A stretch of 57,912 bases of DNA from contig BTVJ01000047.1 in the NCBI GenBank assembly GCA_045863395.1, forward strand, positions 1 through 57,912. Direction: 5' to 3'. The notes beneath the pieces are model-generated. The model made no database searches. It was not told the DNA's origin and saw nothing but the letters and a program-made list of their open reading frames with translations. Position numbers and translations under genes: made by a program. Positions 10,794 through 22,030 of this stretch are shown here, piece after piece. This DNA is from Myxococcales bacterium (GTDB lineage Bacteria; Myxococcota_A; UBA9042; JABWCM01; BTVJ01). Numbering within the stretch: position 1 is the first letter of the stretch; each line of letters starts with the position of its first letter.

Positions 10794-11567
10794 CCTGGAG
10801 AGGCGGAACCCGACGCCGGCGCTGCGGCCGCCCGGCGACGCGAAGTTGCGGCTCGCGGCGCGCGCGTGGCCCGCGACGTCGAACCACGAGCCGCCGCGGT
10901 CCACCCGGTACGAGCCCGCCGAAGGCCCTCGCGGGTCAGACGCGCTGCTCTGGCTGTAGTACTTCTCGCCGTACCAGTCGGCGACCCACTCCCACACGTT
11001 CCCGTGCATGTCGTGAAAACCCCAGGCGTTGGGCCGCAGCGTCCCCACCGGGTGGGTCTTATCACCCGAGTTGCCGTCCCACCACGCGTGCTGGCTCAGC
11101 GCGCTCTCGTCGTCCCCGAAGGAGAATTTGCCTGTGCTTCCGGCGCGGCACGCGTACTCTCACTCCGCCTCGGTAGGGAGCCGGTACACGTTGGTGCCCT
11201 CCTTCTCGTTCAGGCGCCGGATGAAGGTCTGCACGTCATCCCACGACACCTGCTCCACCGGGTTCTCTCGGCCCTTGAATTTGCTCGGGTTGCTGCCCAT
11301 CACGGCGACCCACTGCTCCTGGGTGACCTCCGTCTTCCCGAGGTAGAAGGGCCTCGTGATGGTCACCGTGTGGCGCGGAGTCTCGTCAGGATTCGCATCC
11401 TCGAAGTTCGGATCCGCGCCCATCTTGAATGTGCCGGCGGGGACCAGCAGGAACTCCATGCCGATGGAGTTGGTCAGTTTGGCCGGCCTCGACGCCGTCT
11501 GGCTGGCGGCGACCGACGGCAGGAACACGAGCAGCATCGCTGCTCCGAGCCGCTTCAGAGCACCCAT
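10782..11567 (-). pseudogene. Secreted FGE-sulfatase (SUMF1-like, C-type-lectin fold) protein, DGR target, interrupted by one in-frame TGA
   Basis: ORFs 11160..11567 and 10782..11048 are in the same frame. The junction reads RLPTEAE*EYACRAG where the family has W. Motifs [51 protein letters not shown] upstream and a signal peptide. Confidence 0.85.
10795..10878 (-). repeat. DGR variable region (VR) in the last codons of the FGE-sulfatase-fold gene
   Basis: Encodes [27 protein letters not shown]; differs from the TR copy only at codon positions 1-2. Confidence 0.8.
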
Positions 11568-11591
11568 TGCGTCACCTCCGTCCTGGCGGCC

Positions 11592-11897
11592 CTACTTCGC
11601 CGTGAAGTCCACGCGAGCGTTCCCCGAGGACGGCAGCCGGACCTCGCGGCCCTGGTTGCCGTCGAGGTAGACCGTGATCTTGGCGCCACACGCCGCGCTC
11701 CCGAGATCCATGGAGTACCACCCGTCCGATGGGTACGCCCGCTGGGAGTTCCAGCTCGTCGACACCGTCGTGGTCTTGTTGGATTTGGAGCCGTCCGGCC
11801 AGACCACCTTCCCCTCGATCCCGCAGGCCAGCGCCGCGCCGTGAGTCATGGCCGCCAGGGCCACGGCAGCTCCGAGAACCGTGAGAATTCGCTTCAT
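11592..11897 (-). CDS. Small secreted hypothetical protein (101 aa, two Cys)
   Basis: Signal peptide MKRILTVLGAAVALAAMTHGAALA; GGAG upstream; ends 25 bp before the FGE gene start on the same strand. Confidence 0.7.
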   Translation of the reverse strand: MKRILTVLGAAVALAAMTHGAALACGIEGKVVWPDGSKSNKTTTVSTSWNSQRAYPSDGWYSMDLGSAACGAKITVYLDGNQGREVRLPSSGNARVDFTAK

Positions 11898-12206
11898 GGA
11901 CTTACTCCCGTTGGTGATGTGAGACTCCGCCGCGGCGACTCGACCACGCGCTGGAGTCACGACGGATCGCTTGTCGCAGACGTCGGCGGACCTGTCAACG
12001 GACGAACTGCATGGGTGGGCGCTGACCCGGGCGCCGTGGACGCGGCGTTCGTGTGTGCTCCCCACCGGGGGTCAACGCGTCGCCGAGTGCTTCGGCGGGT
12101 GAACACTGGGACTGCGCCGAGCGCCGACGACACCCAGCCGAGGCCCCGCGTCGTCACGGCCGGCGTGCAAGCGCGTGTCATCACCCCGTGAAGGGAGGCA
12201 ACGCCT

Positions 12207-12454
12207 GTGATCCGCTCGCTTGGCGACCAGCTCTCCGAGGACCTGTACCACGGCCGCACCACGTCCCGGGTCCGCAGGGTGGTCCGAAGCCTCGTGAGAT
12301 CAAGGTCAAGCGGGGGGTCACGTCGCAGACGGCGTGGCTGCTCGCTCAGGCGCTGGGCACGACGCCGCAGTTCTGGATGAACCTCCAGAGCGCCTACGAC
12401 CTCGCCACGGCACGCCCCGACCATCAGGTCGACCCCATCGCTCGGGCTGGTTGA
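12207..12454 (+). pseudogene. Collapsed higB-higA toxin-antitoxin module (5' end of higB joined to 3' half of higA)
   Basis: GGGAGG then GTG 12207 gives VIRSLGDQLSEDLYHGRTTSRVRR (HigB-like start). Another frame gives KRGVTSQTAWLLAQALGTTPQFWMNLQSAYDL (HigA C-terminal half). Confidence 0.7.
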
Positions 12455-12509
12455 GCTCCCGACGCCGCTGGGCGGCCCTCCTTCCTTGCACGCCCCCATC
12501 CCCCGGCCC

Positions 12510-12538
12510 TTGACCCCCCAATGGCCCGCCACTACCCT
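12510..12538 (+). promoter_or_regulatory. Candidate sigma70 promoter, leaderless geometry, for the helicase
   Basis: TTGACC-N17-TACCCT, then 7 nt to ATG 12546; no Shine-Dalgarno. Confidence 0.5.
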
Positions 12539-12545
12539 GCGCCGC

Positions 12546-14576
12546 ATGGCTGGCGTGGACCTCGGTGGGCTCAACCCGAAGCAGCGAGAGGCGGTGCTTC
12601 ATCGGCACGGGCCATTGCTCTTGCTCGCTGGCGCCGGCAGCGGCAAGACCCGCGTCGTCACGACGCGCATCGCGCACCTGATCGCGACCGGGGTGCTGCC
12701 GGGGCACATCCTGGCGGTGACCTTCACCAACAAGGCGGCGGGGGAGATGGGCGAGCGGGTCGCCTCCCTCGTGTCCGCCGAGGCCGCAAAGAAGGTCACG
12801 GTGTCGACGTTCCACAGCCTGGGCCTCCTGATGCTGCGGGAGCGGGGGCGGCACATCGGCATCGCGCCGGAGCTGTCCATCTTCGACCAGTCCGACCAGG
12901 TGACCACCGTGCGGGACGTGATGCGCGAGGCGCGCATCGACACGGAGCGCTACGAGCCGTCGTGGATGCTCGGGCGCATCGGCGCGCTCAAGAACGGCGG
13001 CGTGTCGGCGGACCGCTACGCGCCCGGGCCCGGCGACCTCATCGGGGCGCTCGTCGCCGACGTGTACCGCCGCTACACGGAGCTCCTGCGGGCCTACAGC
13101 GCCCTCGACTTCGACGACCTGCTGCTGGAGCCGCTGCGGCTCTTGCGGGAGCACCCTGCCGTGCGCGACGAGTACCGGGAGCGCTTCCGGTGGATCATGG
13201 TCGACGAGTTCCAGGACACGAACGGCGTGCAGCTCGATCTGGTGCGGGAGCTGGCGGACGGGCACCGGAACCTGCTCGTGGTGGGCGACGACGACCAGTC
13301 CATCTACGGGTGGCGGGGGGCGCAAATAGAGAACGTCCTCGCGTTCGAGCGGCACTTCCCCGACGCCCGTGTCTTGACCCTGGACCAGAACTACCGCTCC
13401 GTCGGCAACGTGCTCCACGCGGCCAACGCGGTGATTCGAAACAACCGCGTGCGGCGCGACAAGACGCTCTGGACCGCGGAGGGGCAGGGCGAGCCGCTCC
13501 GCTACGTGCGCCTGCCCGAGCCCGAGTCTGAGGCGCGCTTCATCGCGCAAGAGATCGACCGTCTTCGCTATGCCGAGAGTCGCCCCCTCAGCGCCTTCGG
13601 AGTCCTGTTTCGCACCAACGGCCAGGCCCGCGCCCTCGAGGAGGGCATGCGCTTCGCCAATCTGCCCTACAAGCTGGTCGGCGCCTACAAGTTCTTCGAC
13701 CGCAAGGAGGTGCGGGACGCGCTCGCGTGGATCCGCCTGCTCGTCAATGAGCGGGACGAGGTCTCCCTGCGCCGCGCCCTGGCGTTTCCCCCGAGCGGAA
13801 TCGGCCCCGCCTCGCTGGGGCGAGTCTCGGCGTTCGCCCACCGGCACCGGGTCTCCATGGTGGAGGCGCTCCACCGGGCAGACGAGATTGACGGACTCAA
13901 CGGCCGCATCCGGGGGACCGCGAGAGACCTCTCGGCAATCATTCGGCGCACCGCCGCACGGATGGCGCCCGGGCGACCGATTCAGGCGCCGCTCGCCCAC
14001 ATGCTCCAGGAGCTGCGCTTCTACGAGGCCATGGTGGCGAGCGGAGACAAGCGCGAGGTGGTGCTCTCCCGGTGGCGCAACGTCCAAGACCTGCTCAACG
14101 GCATCGGCGCCTACGAGTCTCGCAAGGGGGCGGAGGCGACGCTGGAGGACTACCTCCGCCTGATCGCGCTCGACACGCGCGACGACGAGGACGCCAGCGT
14201 CGAGAAGGATCGCCTGACCATGATGACGCTCCACTCCGCCAAGGGCCTGGAGTTCCCCGTCGTCTTCCTCACAGGGCTCGAGGAGGGGCTCCTGCCCCAC
14301 AAGCGCAGCGCCGACGAGGGGGACGTGGACGAGGAGCGGCGCCTGTTCTACGTCGGGATCACCCGCGCCCGGGAGCGCCTGGTCATGACCGGGTGTCGGC
14401 GCAGGAAGCGCTTCGCCGAGTCCATCCGCTGCCAGGAGAGCCGGTTCCTGGACGAGCTGCCGGCCGAGGGCGTGGTCCGCGAGGATCGCACCGACGGCTC
14501 CCACGACGAGGCGGCCTGCCCCGAGGCCCGCACCGCCGCCCTCGCAAAGATCGCCGCCCTCTTCGAGAAGCCATGA
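12546..14576 (+). CDS. ATP-dependent DNA helicase, UvrD/Rep/PcrA family
   Basis: LNPKQ, AGAGSGKTRV, VTFTNKAA, VDEFQDTN, VGDDDQSIYGWRGA, QNYRS, MTLHSAKGLEF, EERRLFYVGITRA. Confidence 0.93.
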   Translation: MAGVDLGGLNPKQREAVLHRHGPLLLLAGAGSGKTRVVTTRIAHLIATGVLPGHILAVTFTNKAAGEMGERVASLVSAEAAKKVTVSTFHSLGLLMLRERGRHIGIAPELSIFDQSDQVTTVRDVMREARIDTERYEPSWMLGRIGALKNGGVSADRYAPGPGDLIGALVADVYRRYTELLRAYSALDFDDLLLEPLRLLREHPAVRDEYRERFRWIMVDEFQDTNGVQLDLVRELADGHRNLLVVGDDDQSIYGWRGAQIENVLAFERHFPDARVLTLDQNYRSVGNVLHAANAVIRNNRVRRDKTLWTAEGQGEPLRYVRLPEPESEARFIAQEIDRLRYAESRPLSAFGVLFRTNGQARALEEGMRFANLPYKLVGAYKFFDRKEVRDALAWIRLLVNERDEVSLRRALAFPPSGIGPASLGRVSAFAHRHRVSMVEALHRADEIDGLNGRIRGTARDLSAIIRRTAARMAPGRPIQAPLAHMLQELRFYEAMVASGDKREVVLSRWRNVQDLLNGIGAYESRKGAEATLEDYLRLIALDTRDDEDASVEKDRLTMMTLHSAKGLEFPVVFLTGLEEGLLPHKRSADEGDVDEERRLFYVGITRARERLVMTGCRRRKRFAESIRCQESRFLDELPAEGVVREDRTDGSHDEAACPEARTAALAKIAALFEKP

Positions 14577-16441
14577 ACGTCGTCAGCATCCACGAGGTGT
14601 GCCGCTCCTACGGGAGCCGGATCGTGCTCGAGCGCGTGACCCTGGGCCTGGACGCGGGCGCGAAGGTCGGCGTCATCGGCGCCAACGGCGCAGGCAAGTC
14701 GACGCTCCTGCGGATCATCGCCGGCATCGAGCCGCCCGACTCCGGCACCGTCGCCGTGCGCCGCTCCGCGCGAGTCTCCATGCTGGACCAGGACCCGGTC
14801 CTCGCTGGTGGAACGGTCCGTCACATCCTGGAGGAGCCCTTCGCCGCGCTCCAGCGCACCATGGACGCCTATCAGGCGGCGGCGGCGGCCATGGACCACC
14901 GGGCCGACGAGCTCCTGGAGCAGGTGGAGCGCCTCGGCGGCTGGGACTGGCACGCGCGGGTGAACCGCGTGGCCTCCGAGCTGGGGCTTCCGCCGCTGGA
15001 CACGCCCGTGGACGTCCTGAGCGGCGGCCAGCGCAAGCGGACGGCCCTGGCGCGCCTGGTGCTCGAGGAGCCCGACGTCATCCTGCTCGACGAGCCCACC
15101 AACCACCTGGACGCGGCCACCGTGGACTGGATGGAGGAGTGGCTCGTCGCCACGCGCTCGACCGTGGTGCTCGTGACCCACGACCGGTACTTCCTCGACG
15201 ACGTGGTGGACGAGCTGGTGGAGATCCGGGGCGGGTCGGCGCGGGTCTACGAGGGCAGCTACACCGACTACGTGGCGGCGCGGGCCCTGGAGGAGGCGCG
15301 GCAGGAGCGCATCCGGCACCGCCGCCTCCAAGCCTTGCTCACGGAGCTGGAGTGGGCGCGGCGCTCCCCGAAGGCGCGGACGACCAAGTCCCAGTCGCGC
15401 CTCGACCGGATTGACTCCGCCCAGGCGGAGGTGGCGCGCCTGTCCCCGTCGGTGTCGCGCCTGGAGATCGACTTCGGCAAGCCGCCGCGCCTCGGCGGCA
15501 CCGTCCTGGAGCTGCACGACCTGCGTCTCGGGTGGGGTGGGCCTCCCCTCGTCGACGGTCTGACGCTGCATCTGCGCCGCGGCGAGCGCATCGGCGTCGT
15601 GGGCCCGAACGGGACCGGCAAGACCACCCTGCTCGGGGCCCTGGCCGGGAGCCTCGCCCCCCTCGGGGGCCGCATCGTCCTCGGCACCAACACGCGCATC
15701 GCCGTGCTCGACCAGCAACGGAGCTGCGTGGATCGCGCCCCCACCGTTCGCGCGGCGGTCGCGCCGGACGGGCGCGACACGGTGATTCCCCCCGGGAGCC
15801 CGGGCGTCCACGTCGTCTCGTGGCTCGACCGCTTCGGCTTCCCGACCGACACCCACGACCGCCCCGTCTCCACGCTCAGCGGCGGCGAGCGGAGCCGCCT
15901 GGCGCTGGCTCAGCTCCTGCTGGAGGACGCGAACCTCCTGCTCCTCGACGAGCCGACCAACGACCTGGACATCCCCACCTTGACGGCGCTGGAGGAGTCG
16001 CTGGTCGCCTTCAAGGGGTGCGTGGTGGTGGTCAGTCACGACCGCTACTTCCTCGACAAGGTGGCGACGGGCATCCTGGCGTTTGAAGACGGGGCGCGGG
16101 TCACGCTGGTCCAGGGCGGCTGGACCACCTTCCAGCGGCTGCGACGGGAGGTGGAGGCGCCGAAGGAGGCGAAGCGGGAGGCCCCTACGGCGCGCCCGCC
16201 CCGCAAGAAGAAGCCCCTCACCTACGGCGAAGAGAAGGAGTTTGCCGGCCTCGAGGGGCGCGTCGAGGCCGCCGACGCGGAGGTCGCCCGCCTGGAGGCC
16301 GCCCTCGCCGACCCCGCACTGTGGGCCGCCGGACCGGCCGCGGGTCTGGAGCTCGACCGCCAGCTCGTTGCTGCGCGCGAGGAGGCTGCGAGGCTCTACG
16401 CGCGCTGGGAGGACCTCATGACGCGGCTGGAGGAGGGCTGA
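14573..16441 (+). CDS. ABC-F family ATPase (Uup-like)
   Basis: Two ABC cassettes (GANGAGKST/LSGGQ/LLDEPTNHLD and GPNGTGKTT/LSGGE/LLDEPTNDLD), no membrane domain, C-terminal coiled coil; ATGA overlap with the helicase. Confidence 0.9.
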   Translation: MNVVSIHEVCRSYGSRIVLERVTLGLDAGAKVGVIGANGAGKSTLLRIIAGIEPPDSGTVAVRRSARVSMLDQDPVLAGGTVRHILEEPFAALQRTMDAYQAAAAAMDHRADELLEQVERLGGWDWHARVNRVASELGLPPLDTPVDVLSGGQRKRTALARLVLEEPDVILLDEPTNHLDAATVDWMEEWLVATRSTVVLVTHDRYFLDDVVDELVEIRGGSARVYEGSYTDYVAARALEEARQERIRHRRLQALLTELEWARRSPKARTTKSQSRLDRIDSAQAEVARLSPSVSRLEIDFGKPPRLGGTVLELHDLRLGWGGPPLVDGLTLHLRRGERIGVVGPNGTGKTTLLGALAGSLAPLGGRIVLGTNTRIAVLDQQRSCVDRAPTVRAAVAPDGRDTVIPPGSPGVHVVSWLDRFGFPTDTHDRPVSTLSGGERSRLALAQLLLEDANLLLLDEPTNDLDIPTLTALEESLVAFKGCVVVVSHDRYFLDKVATGILAFEDGARVTLVQGGWTTFQRLRREVEAPKEAKREAPTARPPRKKKPLTYGEEKEFAGLEGRVEAADAEVARLEAALADPALWAAGPAAGLELDRQLVAAREEAARLYARWEDLMTRLEEG

Positions 16442-16444
16442 GCG

Positions 16445-17599
16445 TCACGCGAAGGGCACGGAGAACATCTGCACCGTCGAGTACGCGAGCATCCCCACGG
16501 AGATGACCAGGAAGGCCACCTTGATGGGGAAGCGGCGCAGCACCGTGGACATGCCGGCGAAGAACAGCGTGACCGTGAACAGCACCGTGGTCAGCGTGAA
16601 CTTGTCGCCGTAGCCGTTGAAGAGCTGCCCCTCCTGGAGGAGCTTGCTCCCCTCGTCGAGGAGCTGCGTGTAGGCGCGCTCGTGGGTCTTTCTGTAGTCG
16701 GGCGACTCGAAGAACATCGGCTTGCTCAGGCGGTCGTACTCGGCGTCGATGCGCCCCTGGATCTGGAACCAGCGGGTCTCCGCCGCCTCCACCGCCTTCG
16801 CCAGGTCCGGGCTCTTGGCGACCGCGGCGGCGATCTCGTCCTCGTCCTCCGTGTCCTCGACGCCCGCCTTGGTGAGCGCCGCCTCCAGCTCCTCGCCGAC
16901 CTTCTCCTGCTCCGCCTCCGCGGCCAGGATCGTGTGCGCCAGCTCCAGCTTCTGCTTGTCCGTCAGGGCGGCCATGCGCTTGGTGTACTGCGTGTCGGCC
17001 CACTTGAGCGCCGTCCCGAGGTTCTTGCGGGTGTTGAGCAGCTTCTCGAGCTGCTTCGCCACCGGCATGTCGGCGCTGTAGAGGAGGTCGTCGATGATCT
17101 CCTGGGCGGGGTCGCCCTCTTCGTCGCCCTCAGCGGTCGCTTCGGCCGGGGCGGCCTTCGCAACGGGAGCTGCCGGCGCAGGAGGGGCCGCAGCGGCCTC
17201 CTCGCCGTCTTCACCCTCGCCCTCGCCCTCGCCCTCGCCCTCGCCCTCGCCTTCGGCCGCCGCGCCCACGACCGCCGCCAGCACCTCCGCCGTCGCAGCC
17301 TCCTTCTCTTCGGCCTCCTCCTTGGCGACCACGGCCTCCCGCGCCTTGATGTTCTCCATCCACAGCACGGCGTCGAAGGACTGCTCCTGGACCCCGCGGA
17401 GCATCTCGCGGTTGGCGTCACCGAGCTTGTTGGTCCCCTGGTTGTAGGCCGTGAGGCAGTTTCCGCTCCACAGCGACCCTTGGTATGCGGCGTAGGCCCC
17501 CATCATGGTCGCCACGCCTAGCAGGACGGCGGCGGCCAGCTCCACCACGTAGCCCCGCCGCTCCTCCCGCTCCTCCGCCGCTGACTTTCCCTCCGACAT
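16445..17599 (-). CDS. Membrane protein (DUF4337-like) with a long acidic, GE-repeat soluble loop
   Basis: One N-terminal and two C-terminal hydrophobic segments; GEGEGEGEGEGE tract near 17214-17250. Confidence 0.65.
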   Translation of the reverse strand: MSEGKSAAEEREERRGYVVELAAAVLLGVATMMGAYAAYQGSLWSGNCLTAYNQGTNKLGDANREMLRGVQEQSFDAVLWMENIKAREAVVAKEEAEEKEAATAEVLAAVVGAAAEGEGEGEGEGEGEGEDGEEAAAAPPAPAAPVAKAAPAEATAEGDEEGDPAQEIIDDLLYSADMPVAKQLEKLLNTRKNLGTALKWADTQYTKRMAALTDKQKLELAHTILAAEAEQEKVGEELEAALTKAGVEDTEDEDEIAAAVAKSPDLAKAVEAAETRWFQIQGRIDAEYDRLSKPMFFESPDYRKTHERAYTQLLDEGSKLLQEGQLFNGYGDKFTLTTVLFTVTLFFAGMSTVLRRFPIKVAFLVISVGMLAYSTVQMFSVPFA

Positions 17600-17789
17600 G
17601 CACCGCTCCTTCGCTCGCTGCTGTGCGGGCGGGTCGTTTTAGGCGGAGCCCCTGCGGCTCCGCACGTGGACTTGCACGGACGCGCACGAACATACCGCAG
17701 GATGGTGGTGTGGCGGAAGGAGGGGAGTGAGGAAACGGGAGGTGCCGCTTGCGAGCCCCCCCCCGCAGCGCCAACCACTTCTGGAGGAG

Positions 17790-20555
<2,766 letters not shown>

Positions 20556-20968
20556 CGAACACTCCTGCGCGAAATGTCAACGTGGGTGGGGTTGCTCCAT
20601 GCACACTCCACCGCGGCGACGTCGGGATCCTTCCCGTCGTCGAGTGCCCAGGGTTGGAGGCGTAGCAGTCCCGGTCGGGCGGGCCCCTCCGCTGGAGGCC
20701 GACCGGTGCACGCTGCGCTGCGAACCGCTGGTCACCGGGGACGCTCGACACCTGTCCGGGCGCCCTCCGCTGCCACGCTCCTGGTTGAGAGTGAAGCCAC
20801 ACTCTCACGACGCAGGGGCGCCGTCAAGCACCAAATCAGTCCGAGATCTCGCGTAGATCCTTGCGGTTGATGGTTCGTGTACTGCGGATCCGCCCCCTGA
20901 AGGGGGGCTCATTGCGCCCCCCTTGGGGCAGCGGTAGCGTGGGGGGCGTACCCAGGACCGGAGGACCC

Positions 20969-22009
20969 ATGCAGCTCGCACCCCTCGTCGTCGCCCTGCT
21001 CCTCGCCCCGAGCGTCGCCAACGCCTGCACCACCTTCCTGCTCCGCGGCGACGCCGGGCCCGTGGTGGGCAAGAGCTACGACTGGGACAACGGGCTCGGG
21101 CTCGTGGTCGCCAACCGGCGCGGGGTCGCAAAGCAGGGGCTGGCCCTGCGGCCGGGGGAGGAGACCGCGCGGTGGGTGTCGCGCTACGCCAGCGTCACCT
21201 TCAACCAGTACGGGCAGGAGCTGCCGAACGGCGGCATGAACGAGAAGGGGCTCGTGGTGGAGGTCATGTGGCTGGCCGGGAGCGTCTACCCGGAGGCGGA
21301 CGACCGGCCCGCCATCAACGAGCTCCAGTGGATCCAGTACCAGCTCGACGTGAGCGCGACCGTCGCCGAGGTGGTCGCGAGCGCCCCGAAGCTGCGGGTG
21401 TCGCCGGCCTACGCCCGGGTCCACACCATGGCGTGCGACGTGACCGGGGCGTGCGCCACCTTCGAGTACCTGGACGGGGAGCTGGTGGTCCATGCGGGGG
21501 ACGCGCTGCCCTTCTGCGCCCTGACCAACCACACCTACGCCGAGTCGGTGAGCTGGCTGGCGTGGAAGGGCGGGGCTGCCCTGCCCGGGAAGGGGTCGCT
21601 CCCCCGATTTGCCCGGGCCGCCCGCGCCGCGTCGGCGCCGCCTGGTCCCGGCGCCACCGAGCGCGCCTTCTCCGTGCTGGACGACGTGCGGCAGGGCTCC
21701 TACACCAAGTGGAACATCGTGTATGAGCCCTCGGAGCTGAGAGTCCACTACGCGACCTACGACCGGAAGGCGCGGAAGTCCATCGACCTGCGGAGGGTCC
21801 TTGGAGACTGCACCGCGCCCGCTCTGGCGTTGGACATGAACGAGAGTGGTGTCGCTGGCGACGTCACGGATCTGCTCGTCCCGCTGACACCCGCGAAGAA
21901 CCGCTCGCTCGTGGAGAAGAGCATCGCCAGGCTCAGGGCGCCCATCCCGAAGCCGCTGGTCGACGCGCTCGCCCGGTTCCCCGAGACTCTGCGCTGCACG
22001 CTGGAGTGA
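20969..22009 (+). CDS. Linear amide C-N hydrolase (choloylglycine hydrolase / penicillin V acylase family), secreted
   Basis: Signal peptide then N-terminal nucleophile CTTF; GMNEKGL, WIQYQLD, LTNH; GGAGG upstream. Confidence 0.88.
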   Translation: MQLAPLVVALLLAPSVANACTTFLLRGDAGPVVGKSYDWDNGLGLVVANRRGVAKQGLALRPGEETARWVSRYASVTFNQYGQELPNGGMNEKGLVVEVMWLAGSVYPEADDRPAINELQWIQYQLDVSATVAEVVASAPKLRVSPAYARVHTMACDVTGACATFEYLDGELVVHAGDALPFCALTNHTYAESVSWLAWKGGAALPGKGSLPRFARAARAASAPPGPGATERAFSVLDDVRQGSYTKWNIVYEPSELRVHYATYDRKARKSIDLRRVLGDCTAPALALDMNESGVAGDVTDLLVPLTPAKNRSLVEKSIARLRAPIPKPLVDALARFPETLRCTLE

Positions 22010-22030
22010 CTGTGCTGGCGACGGGTCGCC

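Noticed and set aside
11160..11162. TGA recoding (selenocysteine or an alternative genetic code)
   Set aside because: The family residue is Trp, not Cys, and TGA is the normal stop for many genes here (fadI, helicase, cysW, cysA).
12053..12454. Intact 133-aa HigA antitoxin as given in the ORF track
   Set aside because: Only the last 50 or so residues resemble HigA; the N-terminal helix-turn-helix part is missing.
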